From: a virus
Lineage: Duplodnaviria > Caudoviricetes
Virus record (IMG/VR): IMGVR_UViG_3300022862_000007
Span: 1 to 51,638 of that record
Length of the DNA: 51,638 bases
Strand: one strand, 5' to 3'
In this document: positions 1 to 8,856 of the stretch, piece after piece
How positions within the stretch are numbered: position 1 is the first letter of the stretch
Layout of the letters: every line of letters begins with the position of its first letter
Made by a program: the position numbers and the translations under genes
The notes under the pieces: generated by a model
The model's input: the letters and a program-made list of their open reading frames with translations, nothing else
Databases searched by the model: none
Told to the model about the DNA's origin: nothing

Positions 1-46
1 TATCAGTTTATTATTACCCATCTATCACATGATTGAATTAGTTTAG
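1..46 (+). CDS. comGB: 3' end of competence protein ComGB (partial)
   Basis: Frame from base 2 reads ISLLLPIYHMIELV*, resembling ComGB C-termini; lies directly upstream of the comGC RBS (AGGAGG, 45-50). Confidence 0.75.
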   Translation, partial: ISLLLPIYHMIELV

Positions 47-53
47 GAGGAAG

Positions 54-134
54 ATGATGAAACGTCTTAACCAACAAGCTGGTTTTACTTTAATTGAGAT
101 GCTTATAGTTTTGTTAATTATATCCATCCTAATT
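54..134 (+). pseudogene. comGC: 5' half of competence major pilin ComGC, interrupted by the prophage
   Basis: ATG at 54 gives MMKRLNQQAGFTLIEMLIVLLIISILI with the type IV prepilin motif G|FTLIEM; it then runs into phage DNA (IQFQNV*, stop 153-155). Confidence 0.93.
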
Positions 135-155
135 ATACAATTTCAAAATGTTTAA
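120..155. other. attL junction
   Basis: ComGC similarity ends after ATC CTA ATT (126-134). The core shared with the right junction is only 2-3 bp (CT or ATT), as expected for a serine integrase. Confidence 0.75.
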
Positions 156-189
156 CATATTAATAAGTGTTTATGTACATATCACCTCC

Positions 190-2091
190 TCAACCCTTGT
201 GCTGTCTACCTTCACGCAAGTTATTTTCTCTTATATATTTTAGTATGGTGCCTTGTGAACTACCCAATTCTTTAGCAATCTCTATACTAGTCATGTTTGG
301 ATTGACAGTAATTAACCTTTTAATACCTTCAATAATTTCTGCTTTTCGTTCAGGGCTGCCTTTACCTAGTTTTAAATTTGAATAGGGTCCGAAGCGTTCT
401 TCATCTAGTCGCAAAGTTTGTGCATTCAATCCTGTCAGTCGTTTTAATTCCATAAATGATATCGGAGAAGGCTGGGCATCTAAAATAGCTTGTGTAGCCT
501 CATAACGTTCTCTTTGTTGTTGTAATAACCGTTCTTCGTATTCCAGATTTGTTTCATCAATATTAATCTTTAAATCAATAGGGAAATCATTGATTGTAGT
601 AAATTTAAACGTGATGGTGTTATCAGCTGGTGAGAGTAGTGCATATTCGAACAAGGCTGCTATTAAATCTTCTTTGTCTTTCTCACTGTATTCTGTGTCA
701 ATGCGATAGATAGTCGATAAATGTTCTTCTACTACTGCTAAATTATCAAGCAACGCATCATAACTATATTTCTCATCCTTCAGCAAATCTATTTTCATTT
801 TTAATTCATCAAAGCTCGCTTTTAAACCCGCATTCTCTGTTTCGATTGACTTTGTTTTTTCCTCATATTTTTCTTTTGTTAGCTTGCTATCTAAATACAA
901 ATCTAGCAACTTATCAATTTTCCCATTATTATCGCTCATGATCTTTTGTAGATTGGATGCTTGTTGCTCCAGTTGGGTAATTTGAGATTCGTCTTTGAAT
1001 TCAATATCCAGATATCTTTTCGCAGTTTCTTCGCTCAGCAAAATATTTTTAACTGCCAATACAAGGGGTCTAGTAATGCGAACAGCGTTATATTTCGGAT
1101 CGTAGGGGCATGGCTCAGCTAATCCACGATTATGTGCTAAATACCATCTATATCCACCATACTGTGATTTATCGCCTTGCTGTAAAGATATTTTTCGACC
1201 ACATTCAGCGCATGAAATATGCAGCTTAGCTAATGGATGATGATGTTTCCGGGTTGTAGAGAATGGTTTAGCATTTGTTTCGATGATGTGTTGTATACGC
1301 TCAAAAGTTTCTACTGTTCGCAGTAAGGGATATTTTTTCTTAATGGTAATTGTTTCACCATTCATAAATGTTACGCTGTATTCACCACAGTAAGCTGGAT
1401 TTAATAATCTTTGGTACACTGTGTTGGCATGCCATTTAGCACCGTTTGGCGTTCGTGATATTTTATTCAAACGTCTAGCAATACTAGAGGGGCCATATCC
1501 CTGTAAAAATAATTCATCGATGAATGATATAACCCAAGAAAATTCCTCATTAAGGGATACTTCTTTTGTTTCCTTGTCGTAAATATATTCAAATGGTACA
1601 CGTCCGTATATTCCACCCTCGCGTACATATTGGCGTAATCCTCGTTGGGATCTCCTACGAAATAAACGACGCTCTCGTCTCGCAATGATGTTGTATAAAT
1701 CAGAACGAAATTCATCATCTTCATTGTCTAAGTCTATAACTAAGCCTGGTTCTGCAATTTTTACATTATTTTCACGCAACACTAATTTTAATTCTTCCCA
1801 ATTCAATGTATCTAAGCGTGATAACCTGTCTTGATCGGCTACTAGTACAATATCTACTAGGCCATCATCTACACTATCCATTAAAGCTGTTAACCCTTTT
1901 TTATCAAGCTTTGCACCACTTTCTACATCTTTAAAAACTTCAACGATATGCCAGTTTTGTTTGTTCGCATATTCTACTAGATCATGTTCCTGGGCAGCTA
2001 AACTATATTTGTCTTCTTGATTGCGGGTAGATACACGAACGTATATAGCTACACGTAAAATATTTTTGGCTGCAGTTTCTTTTACGGTCAT
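190..2091 (-). CDS. int: Large serine recombinase (phage integrase) with C-terminal HTH extension
   Basis: YVRVST catalytic motif, DRLSR, recombinase domain (GRVPFEY, LLNPAYCG), CAECG zinc ribbon and coiled coil; adjacent to attL. Confidence 0.95.
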   Translation of the reverse strand: MTVKETAAKNILRVAIYVRVSTRNQEDKYSLAAQEHDLVEYANKQNWHIVEVFKDVESGAKLDKKGLTALMDSVDDGLVDIVLVADQDRLSRLDTLNWEELKLVLRENNVKIAEPGLVIDLDNEDDEFRSDLYNIIARRERRLFRRRSQRGLRQYVREGGIYGRVPFEYIYDKETKEVSLNEEFSWVISFIDELFLQGYGPSSIARRLNKISRTPNGAKWHANTVYQRLLNPAYCGEYSVTFMNGETITIKKKYPLLRTVETFERIQHIIETNAKPFSTTRKHHHPLAKLHISCAECGRKISLQQGDKSQYGGYRWYLAHNRGLAEPCPYDPKYNAVRITRPLVLAVKNILLSEETAKRYLDIEFKDESQITQLEQQASNLQKIMSDNNGKIDKLLDLYLDSKLTKEKYEEKTKSIETENAGLKASFDELKMKIDLLKDEKYSYDALLDNLAVVEEHLSTIYRIDTEYSEKDKEDLIAALFEYALLSPADNTITFKFTTINDFPIDLKINIDETNLEYEERLLQQQRERYEATQAILDAQPSPISFMELKRLTGLNAQTLRLDEERFGPYSNLKLGKGSPERKAEIIEGIKRLITVNPNMTSIEIAKELGSSQGTILKYIRENNLREGRQHKG

Positions 2092-2119
2092 TTCAGTTTA
2101 ATCTCCTTTCGAAGTTTAT

Positions 2120-2156
2120 AAGAAAAGAGCTAGACAAATGAGTCTGCTCTTTTCTT
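2120..2156. terminator. Intrinsic terminator between repressor and integrase
   Basis: Inverted repeat AAGAAAAGAGC-TAGAC...GTCT-GCTCTTTTCTT. Confidence 0.65.
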
Positions 2157-2179
2157 GGTTTAATGCTTAACGTTAAGTA

Positions 2180-2836
2180 TTAATCTAAGTTAACAATATA
2201 AATAACAACTTTGCCATGTAACCTCAAGTCTTCGTATGGTTCTCTAACCGTGTAATCAGTAAAGCTAGCATCATATGACTCAGGTCTAAAAATTAACCGA
2301 TCTTCATCTCGATAAAACCTTTTGACTGAGTAGTTATATCCATCACTATACACAATGATATCTTCATCTTTTAGTTCATTAATTTGAATAGGTTTCACAC
2401 CAATAAGAGATTGATGAGGTATTACTTTATTCATCGAATCTCCATTTACACGCATAAAAAATAGTTCATCATCTCCAGCATGTTTACCTAAAACTGCGTC
2501 TGGAATTGTAATAGTCTCTGCATCCGTTAAACTATCAATTCGTATTGGGACACCTGCAGAAGCGTGCACAGGGAAATAAGTATATTCTGACGATGGTTGT
2601 GAAAGTTCTATTAAATTAGTCTTCTTTTCTTCTAGCAATGAAGATAGATTTACGTTGAAATAATCAGCTAACGTTTGTAAGGATCCACCTCTAGGCATCT
2701 TTTTACCATTCTTCCAATCAGAAACAGTGGAATAAGAGATACCTATATCGTTAGATAAATCACTCACCGTTTTACCTGTTTTAGATAGTAGAGATTCTAA
2801 ATTCTTAGAAAAAACTAGTTTCGTAGTATCTTTCAA
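2180..2836 (-). CDS. CI-like repressor (XRE HTH plus S24 autocleavage peptidase)
   Basis: HTH (ISYSTVSDWKNGKKMPR), SAG cleavage site, VNGDSM serine and VKR lysine motifs; RBS AAGGAGGTG; divergent from cro. Confidence 0.93.
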   Translation of the reverse strand: MKDTTKLVFSKNLESLLSKTGKTVSDLSNDIGISYSTVSDWKNGKKMPRGGSLQTLADYFNVNLSSLLEEKKTNLIELSQPSSEYTYFPVHASAGVPIRIDSLTDAETITIPDAVLGKHAGDDELFFMRVNGDSMNKVIPHQSLIGVKPIQINELKDEDIIVYSDGYNYSVKRFYRDEDRLIFRPESYDASFTDYTVREPYEDLRLHGKVVIYIVNLD

Positions 2837-2865
2837 TTGTTTTCACCTCCTTATATTTTTAATAA

Positions 2866-2970
2866 TAACGCTTTTAGCATATAAAGTACACAATAATATG
2901 TGTTTTTTAGAAAAAATATACCGCTTTTAGAAAAAAATAAGTTGATTTACCGCTTTTAGCGTGATATATT
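2866..2970. promoter_or_regulatory. Lysis/lysogeny switch: three operators and the rightward promoter
   Basis: TA(A/C)CGCTTTTAG repeats at 2866, 2919 and 2948. TTGATT (2942-2947)-17 bp-TATATT (2965-2970) brackets the third operator. Confidence 0.8.
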
Positions 2971-3002
2971 GAATTCAACAAAACTAATAGGAGGTGGCAA
3001 CA

Positions 3003-3269
3003 GTGGAAAAAATTGTACCCATTTATGTAAAACAAACATTAAAAAGTTTACGTGTACGTCTTAATCTGAGCCAAGATGAAGCTGCTAAGCATCTTGGTAT
3101 TAGCGTTATGACATTGAGAAAGTTAGAAGTTGATTCTAGCGAAATCACTTTCGATATGATGAAAAAAGTATCAGAACTATATGTTTGTCCATTAGATTAT
3201 ATTTTTTTTGGACCATATAACGCTTTTAGCGGTAATTTAATGAATCGTGAATTATCTTGTACGAGCTAG
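3003..3269 (+). CDS. Cro-like XRE regulator
   Basis: HTH (LSQDEAAKHLGISVMTLRKLE); GGAGGTG at 2990 favours the GTG start at 3003. Confidence 0.85.
   Translation: MEKIVPIYVKQTLKSLRVRLNLSQDEAAKHLGISVMTLRKLEVDSSEITFDMMKKVSELYVCPLDYIFFGPYNAFSGNLMNRELSCTS
3218..3234. promoter_or_regulatory. Fourth operator inside the cro 3' end
   Basis: TAACGCT-TTT-AGCGGTA, a near-perfect 17-bp palindrome matching the switch repeats. Confidence 0.7.
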
Positions 3270-3308
3270 TCATTAATTGCAACAAAATTTGATTTAAGAG
3301 GGGGTGAG

Positions 3309-3542
3309 ATGGTGGAAGAAAATAAAAAATCCTCACAGGTTGTTGGTGCAACGAGTGAGGTAGGTAAAGCTATTTATGATTTCGATTCAAAACTCAATAA
3401 AGTATCTATTGGCAAAGGTATTCAAATAGACGGAGTTCTTATTCACAGGCTATTAGATGTCACACTGAATTCCGGTGTTTCTAAATTTTCTACAGTGACT
3501 TTAACTTTTTATGCTGACGTTGCTGGATTAGATGATATCTGA
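3309..3542 (+). CDS. Hypothetical early phage protein
   Basis: 77 aa ORF with RBS GAGGGGTG. Confidence 0.65.
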   Translation: MVEENKKSSQVVGATSEVGKAIYDFDSKLNKVSIGKGIQIDGVLIHRLLDVTLNSGVSKFSTVTLTFYADVAGLDDI

Positions 3543-3899
3543 AATGTATTTATTGAAAATATCCGATGCAGTAGACATAAGTATGCTGATAGCTGTTGCT
3601 CCTGTTCGTGTCATAACTGCTTTGGTTTTATTCCATAGAGTATCATTACGGATTGTATCAATAAAACGATGCCCTTCAAGACTTATGGAATCAATATGGA
3701 AGTTGATACCCATTTTAGATTTTGCTACTTGTCCAATTAACAAACGAGACTCAATCATTTTTTCAAGCGCATAACCTAGATCATTTGGTTCAAACTCTTT
3801 AAGTCTTGTGTCAGAAATAACTTGGTTAAGATTAATGTTCCTAGGCTGTTCTTCAATTACAAGTAGTAGTTCTCGAATAGCATCAAAATTTAATTTCAC
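3528..3899 (-). CDS. DUF2513-like protein
   Basis: MKLNFDAIRELLL...ISLEGHRFIDTIRNDTLW matches the DUF2513 pattern; own extended -10 (TGGTATAAT) and RBS. Confidence 0.8.
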   Translation of the reverse strand: MKLNFDAIRELLLVIEEQPRNINLNQVISDTRLKEFEPNDLGYALEKMIESRLLIGQVAKSKMGINFHIDSISLEGHRFIDTIRNDTLWNKTKAVMTRTGATAISILMSTASDIFNKYISDII

Positions 3900-4042
3900 A
3901 TATATTCACCTCGCCTTCTACAGGTGAATTATACCAAACTAGTAACACATGTGCTGAGCTGGAAGCCAATGAACTAGCATTGGACTTGTAGTTAATAAAT
4001 AACGGTGGAAACGTTAATCAGGAGAAGGGGGGACTTGTATAA

Positions 4043-4243
4043 GTGAAAGTCAAGCGTTTGATTCTTGTAAACGGCGATGAGTATGAGGATGTGGAGCTTT
4101 TTAATAACATACCGCAAGAGGTTGACAGTGTAGCTCCTGGTCAATTTATTGGAGTAAATGCAAGCAACTACACTGTTTTTCTACAAAGAGAAATGATTAT
4201 TTCCTTACAGGTAACTAAAACTTTCAAGGTTATTTCTTCTTAG
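4043..4243 (+). CDS. Hypothetical protein
   Basis: 66 aa ORF, G-rich RBS upstream. Confidence 0.6.
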   Translation: MKVKRLILVNGDEYEDVELFNNIPQEVDSVAPGQFIGVNASNYTVFLQREMIISLQVTKTFKVISS

Positions 4244-4358
4244 TTTGAGCTAATGCTGAGCCAGCAACAGATTTAGCAGTTTTGCTGTATCGACCGTCTT
4301 TTAAAATTTTACTAGCCTTACTAGCAATACTTTTAGATGTTTGTTTCTTATTAGCCAT
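4230..4358 (-). CDS. 42-aa basic peptide (absent from the ORF track)
   Basis: Hand translation MANKKQTSKSIASKASKILKDGRYSKTAKSVAGSALAQTKKK*; RBS AGAAAGGAAGTG upstream. Confidence 0.75.
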   Translation of the reverse strand: MANKKQTSKSIASKASKILKDGRYSKTAKSVAGSALAQTKKK

Positions 4359-4457
4359 AAGTAATTCACTTCCTTTCTATTTAGAAAAGAACATTTGTTC
4401 TATTTTATCAATATATCACATTATATTGTTGTAATCAAATGGGAGGTGAACTATATA

Positions 4458-4658
4458 TTGGGTATTCGTTTGAAAGAGCTAAGAGAGTACCGCAATCTAT
4501 CAAGATATCGACTTGCAAAACTATCAGGGGTTAATGAATCAACTCTTCAAATGATAGAAAACAGTGATAATCCTAATCCCACATTTCGAGTAATGTGTAA
4601 AATTGCAGATGCTCTAGAAGTGAGTTTGGATGATTTAAGAAAGGAGTCGGAACAATGA
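4458..4658 (+). CDS. XRE-family HTH regulator
   Basis: LSRYRLAKLSGVNESTLQMIEN...NPTF..CKIADALEVSL; GGGAGGTG RBS before the TTG at 4458. Confidence 0.85.
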   Translation: MGIRLKELREYRNLSRYRLAKLSGVNESTLQMIENSDNPNPTFRVMCKIADALEVSLDDLRKESEQ

Positions 4659-4858
4659 AAAACACTATAAATATGGAGTTAGTTAAAATTCGCGCATTTT
4701 TACCTGAAAAGCTGACTGAGTTATCAAACAAAAATGAGGCTTTAGCGCTTGAAATATTGCGGATGTGGGGCAATGGTGATAAGCCCCTTCGCGATCTTTG
4801 GACTTTAGTTCATCAAGGTTTAGAAAGAGGGGAGCACAATGGAGAACACAGCAATTAG
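4655..4858 (+). CDS. Hypothetical phage protein
   Basis: ATGA-coupled to the upstream gene; RBS AAGGAG. Confidence 0.7.
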   Translation: MKNTINMELVKIRAFLPEKLTELSNKNEALALEILRMWGNGDKPLRDLWTLVHQGLERGEHNGEHSN

Positions 4859-5087
4859 CTATGACAATTTTGGGCGTATGCGGTATCACCCAGAGTTTCA
4901 TTTTTCGCATGGAAAACCTTTTTCAGAAAGTGAACTCGAATATATATGTAAATTTTATGAGATCGACCATACGAGGACCATAGCATTTGCTATTGGGCGA
5001 ACAGAACATACTGTTCAAACTAAAGTAACTTCTCTAAGAAAAAAAGGGCTGTTTGATTATTATAAAAATCTTAATAAGCATTGGTAG
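4839..5087 (+). CDS. Small HTH/Myb-like phage protein
   Basis: GRMRYHPEFH..HGKPFS...IAFAIGRTEHTV pattern, familiar from Bacillales prophages. Confidence 0.7.
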   Translation: MENTAISYDNFGRMRYHPEFHFSHGKPFSESELEYICKFYEIDHTRTIAFAIGRTEHTVQTKVTSLRKKGLFDYYKNLNKHW

Positions 5088-5101
5088 GAGGCATTTATTC
5101 T

Positions 5102-5398
5102 ATGAACATTGTAACGAAGCTGGAACTAGAAATTGCTGCAAAGAAAGCATGTATAGAGGATTTACGAGCTGCTATAAAATTTCATGAGCAACAAAGAACA
5201 TACCATCTGGCTGCAGAATGTGCATGGCGGATAAAACAGGCACAACATACTATTAGACGCCTAGAGGTCCAACTGCAGGACAACAGAAGTTTTGGAGGGT
5301 TAATAAATGATTTAACCAAACGTGGTATTTCACTGAAGGCGGTGAAAAAACTTGAGAATCAAAGTTTGCGTATGGCGACAGGCTTTTCCATCAAATAG
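5102..5398 (+). CDS. Hypothetical coiled-coil phage protein
   Basis: RBS AGGAGG before the ATG at 5102. Confidence 0.7.
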   Translation: MNIVTKLELEIAAKKACIEDLRAAIKFHEQQRTYHLAAECAWRIKQAQHTIRRLEVQLQDNRSFGGLINDLTKRGISLKAVKKLENQSLRMATGFSIK

Positions 5399-5416
5399 AC
5401 GAAAGGGTTGATATGT

Positions 5417-5701
5417 ATGAAATTAGTTAATGCATTATCTAAGATTGCTAAATTGCCAAAGATTTTGGAGCAATACGGTATATCTCCTGAGAATGTTCTT
5501 AATTTAGAATACTGTGCTAGTACCACACATCATATTAATGTTCTTGTTCAATTGCACACAAAAGAAGCTATTCAAAAACTTGGTGTCTGTGAAATTGAGA
5601 GCACGTTAGGTTATGACGATGCACATTGGAAACAATTCCGAATTATTAAGGAAGGTATTGTATTTATCTGTTGGGAAAGAGAGGACGAGGCGATAGCATG
5701 A
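5417..5701 (+). CDS. Hypothetical phage protein
   Basis: ORF in the early operon; its stop overlaps the next start. Confidence 0.65.
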   Translation: MKLVNALSKIAKLPKILEQYGISPENVLNLEYCASTTHHINVLVQLHTKEAIQKLGVCEIESTLGYDDAHWKQFRIIKEGIVFICWEREDEAIA

Positions 5702-5982
5702 GAACACTTATGGAAATAGAAAATCCAATGGTAATAGGGTGTATTGATTATCCATATGCACCTTATGAGCCTGTTGTAACTTTTGAAATGCACGATGATT
5801 TTGGTAGCTTCATAGCTTCTGGTGATGTGTATTTTGAGATAGGCGATGCATTTATTCACATCGACAATATCAGTGATTATTTGGCTGCTGGATATAAGGA
5901 CGATACAACTTACGACATGAGTGACTCAAAGGTTATTGAGTATGTGGAAAAGCATTATGGCTTTGCTCATACAAAAAAATAA
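5698..5982 (+). CDS. YqaI-like phage protein
   Basis: IENPMV N-terminal motif and DDFG..I..GD.YF; sits before the recombination genes. Confidence 0.6.
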   Translation: MRTLMEIENPMVIGCIDYPYAPYEPVVTFEMHDDFGSFIASGDVYFEIGDAFIHIDNISDYLAAGYKDDTTYDMSDSKVIEYVEKHYGFAHTKK

Positions 5983-6050
5983 ACCACTTGGCAGAGTGGT
6001 CTAAACAAACATTATTAGCGTCATTATAGCGCACTATAGGAGGAATTTCA

Positions 6051-6950
6051 ATGAGTAACTTAACTGATCAATTTCACAACCCTACTTCCTATCAATCATC
6101 GCAAGGGGGAGGGGTACTAACACAAGTTAGTTCCTCTCGTGAAATGGAGGAAGTGAAAGGACAAATATTTATGGCAAAGTCTTTTCCAAGAAATTATTAC
6201 GAAGCTGAGAGAAGAATCCTAGATGCTTGCAAACGCTTCTCACTTGCAGAGTCAGCAATGTATTCGTATCCAAGAGCAGGTACAAATGTTACTGGACCTT
6301 CAATTCGTCTTGCAGAGGTTTTAGCACAAAATTGGGGGAATATTTCTTTTGGTGTTAAAGAATTAGAACAGCGAAATGGTGAATCAACAGCTATGGCATT
6401 TTGTTGGGACCTAGAAACGAATACAAGACAAGAAAAAACTTTTACAGTTAAACACTCAATAAAAACAAAAAATGGGTTAAAAACATTCTCTGATCCACGT
6501 GATATTTATGAAAAAGTTGCAAATGATGGTTCTCGTAGACTAAGAGCATGTATTCTTGGCATCATTCCAGGTGACATCGTTGAAAGAGCTTTAAAAGAAT
6601 GTGAGTTGACATTACAAGGGAATAACACTGAGCCACTAAAAGATCGACTAGCAAATGCTTTAAAAATGCTAAAAGAATATTTCAAAGTCACGCAAGAAAT
6701 GGTTGAGGAAAAGTTTGGGTATAAAATTAGTGAATTTACAGAAAGAGATTATATTGATTTGGGCAAAATCTACAATTCTCTATGTGATGGTATGACAAAG
6801 GTAGAAGATTGGTTTGACAAAGATACAGCTAAACAGAAGCCAAGCTCCTTAGTTGCTGAGTTTGAAAAATCACAAGAACAACCAAAATCTGAGGTGAAGC
6901 AAGATGATACAGTCATTCCAATTGAACAGACAGAATTACCACTCAAATGA
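6051..6950 (+). CDS. Putative single-strand annealing (recombination) protein
   Basis: GPSIRLAE.LA..WGN and WDLETN motifs; paired with the exonuclease. Function inferred from context. Confidence 0.6.
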   Translation: MSNLTDQFHNPTSYQSSQGGGVLTQVSSSREMEEVKGQIFMAKSFPRNYYEAERRILDACKRFSLAESAMYSYPRAGTNVTGPSIRLAEVLAQNWGNISFGVKELEQRNGESTAMAFCWDLETNTRQEKTFTVKHSIKTKNGLKTFSDPRDIYEKVANDGSRRLRACILGIIPGDIVERALKECELTLQGNNTEPLKDRLANALKMLKEYFKVTQEMVEEKFGYKISEFTERDYIDLGKIYNSLCDGMTKVEDWFDKDTAKQKPSSLVAEFEKSQEQPKSEVKQDDTVIPIEQTELPLK

Positions 6951-7704
6951 GGCTAATCAATACTATATGTCAGTATCTCAGTTTAAAAGTGCTGTGAAAT
7001 GTGAAGCAAGCTTTGTGGCTGAGTTGAAGGGCGAGTTTATTCGTCCTTCATCAACAGCCCTAATTGTTGGTTCCTACACACATGCAGCTTTCGAAAGTGA
7101 CCAAGCTTTTACCCAGTTTTGTGAGAAACATCATGACAGCATTTTTAAAAGTCGTGGAGGAAAATACGCTGACTTTGAGCAAGCAGAAAGTATGATAGAA
7201 ACTTTAAAAAATGACCGATTTGCAATGTTTGCTCTTGAAGGTGAAAAAGAAGTTATTTTTACAGGTGAGCTTTTTGGAGTACCTTGGAAAATCAAAGTTG
7301 ACTCTATACACCATGACCGTAAATCATTCAGTGATTTAAAGACCACTCAGAGCCTTTATAAACGGTATTGGAGTGAAAAGTACAATAAGTATGTTTCGTT
7401 CGTTGAGGCTTATGATTATGTACTACAAATGGCAATTTATCGCGAAATAATCTATCAAAACACTGGACAGTACTATGATCCCTATCTCGTTGCGGTGACT
7501 AAGGAAACGCCTCCGGATAAGGAAATATTAGAGTTTGAAATACCTGACTTCGATTTTGAATTTGAGTATGTAAAAACCATGTTACCTAGCATTATTGAAG
7601 CTAAAAGCTCTAGAAAAGAGCCAGTACGATGTGGAAAATGCGAATATTGTCGTATGACTAAACAACTTACTAAAACAATTAAAGTTGGCTATTTATTAGA
7701 ATGA
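6904..7704 (+). CDS. PD-(D/E)XK exonuclease (DUF3799/RecE-like)
   Basis: YMSVSQFK, GSYTH, KIKVD, SDLKTT, Y.LQMAIY and C-terminal CGKCEYC. Confidence 0.85.
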   Translation: MIQSFQLNRQNYHSNEANQYYMSVSQFKSAVKCEASFVAELKGEFIRPSSTALIVGSYTHAAFESDQAFTQFCEKHHDSIFKSRGGKYADFEQAESMIETLKNDRFAMFALEGEKEVIFTGELFGVPWKIKVDSIHHDRKSFSDLKTTQSLYKRYWSEKYNKYVSFVEAYDYVLQMAIYREIIYQNTGQYYDPYLVAVTKETPPDKEILEFEIPDFDFEFEYVKTMLPSIIEAKSSRKEPVRCGKCEYCRMTKQLTKTIKVGYLLE

Positions 7705-7728
7705 TGAAAGCATATAGGAGGGACAACG

Positions 7729-8676
7729 ATGGAAAGTAGAAGCATCGTAAGAGTAGAAAAAAATAAAGATTATACAATCATTAACAATACTTCCATCCAG
7801 GATACAAGATTGAGTTGGAAAGCTAAAGCAATACATGTATTCATGCTATCTAAGCCTGATGATTGGACATTTTATAACGAGGAAATGCAGCAATGGGCAA
7901 AAGATGGCAAGGACTCGTTTACTGCTGGATTAAGAGAGCTACAGAAATTTGGATATGTAAAAAAAGAACGACGACGTGTTGAAGGTGGGAAGTTTGATTA
8001 CGTTACCATTGTGTATGAAGTTCCGTACATGGATTTACCACTTACGGATAATCCATCATCGGATGAACCGTATACGGGAAAACCACTAACGGAAAAACCG
8101 TCGACGGATAAACCGTTCACGGAAAATCCGCAACTACTAAGTACTAATACACTAAGTACTGATTCACTAAATACTAATACATTAAATAATAATAATGATG
8201 ATGATAAGGAGCCTACATACGCAGCTTCAAAGTCTTCGACTACAACTCCACAAAATGCATTTGCCTTTTACGAACAAAATCACTTTGGAGCATTAGGTTC
8301 TCTAATCGTGTACAAAATCGACTCATGGATTAAAGATCTCTCAGAGCCCTTAGTTATAAAAGCTATGGAGAAAGCAATTTTGAACGGAAAAACTAATTGG
8401 GGTTACGTTGAAACTATCTTAAAAGATTGGCGTAATAAAAAGCTCTTAACACTTGAAGCAGTTGAGGCCGAAGATTTGCGTTGGAAGAGTCAGCAGGTAA
8501 AAGCTCAACAACGAGCTAGACCTCAACAAAACAATAAGCAAAATAGACGAACTGAAGTAGTTCCTGAATGGTTCGATAATCGTAATGAAAAAGAACACCT
8601 CTCCGTTACAGAATCTAATACAACAATAGATTTTGAGGCTGAAAGACAAAAAATACTTGAAATGTTGGGAGGATAG
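7729..8676 (+). CDS. Replication initiator (N-terminal wHTH plus DnaD-like domain)
   Basis: LSWKAKAI..MLSKPDDW N-terminus; FYEQN.FG...NWGYVETILKDW DnaD motif. Confidence 0.88.
   Translation: MESRSIVRVEKNKDYTIINNTSIQDTRLSWKAKAIHVFMLSKPDDWTFYNEEMQQWAKDGKDSFTAGLRELQKFGYVKKERRRVEGGKFDYVTIVYEVPYMDLPLTDNPSSDEPYTGKPLTEKPSTDKPFTENPQLLSTNTLSTDSLNTNTLNNNNDDDKEPTYAASKSSTTTPQNAFAFYEQNHFGALGSLIVYKIDSWIKDLSEPLVIKAMEKAILNGKTNWGYVETILKDWRNKKLLTLEAVEAEDLRWKSQQVKAQQRARPQQNNKQNRRTEVVPEWFDNRNEKEHLSVTESNTTIDFEAERQKILEMLGG
8023..8196. repeat. Probable phage replication origin (15-bp iterons, then AT-rich 15-bp repeats)
   Basis: About seven imperfect CCRNNNACGGANAAN units (8023-8130), then CTAAGTACTAATACA-like units (8137-8196), inside the initiator gene. 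Confidence 0.7.
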
Positions 8677-8856
8677 AATAAATCCCAAGTGAATTGAAAT
8701 TTTATTATGGTAGGAATTTGTGTTATTAGAGTGATGTGTGGTGAACAATTTATTGGGGAATTTGGAGTGGATAGCGTTGGGTATGGTTGAATAGTATTTT
8801 ACATTTAAACGTTCTAACAATTTACACTACGGAAATTATAGCAAGGAGGGGTTTAA

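Noticed and set aside
100-160. Long att core direct repeat
   Set aside because: Only 2-3 identical bases are shared with the right junction, consistent with a serine integrase; the exact crossover cannot be fixed from this window.
167-385. 72-aa plus-strand ORF, and the many other antisense ORFs over integrase, head, tail and TMP genes
   Set aside because: Shadow frames of well-supported genes, with no RBS or motifs.
4839-5087. Nuclease label sometimes attached to this family
   Set aside because: No catalytic motif is visible in 82 aa; it looks like an HTH.
8023-8196. 15-bp repeats as a CRISPR or other RNA array
   Set aside because: No spacers, in-frame within the initiator gene and no cas genes; better explained as origin iterons.
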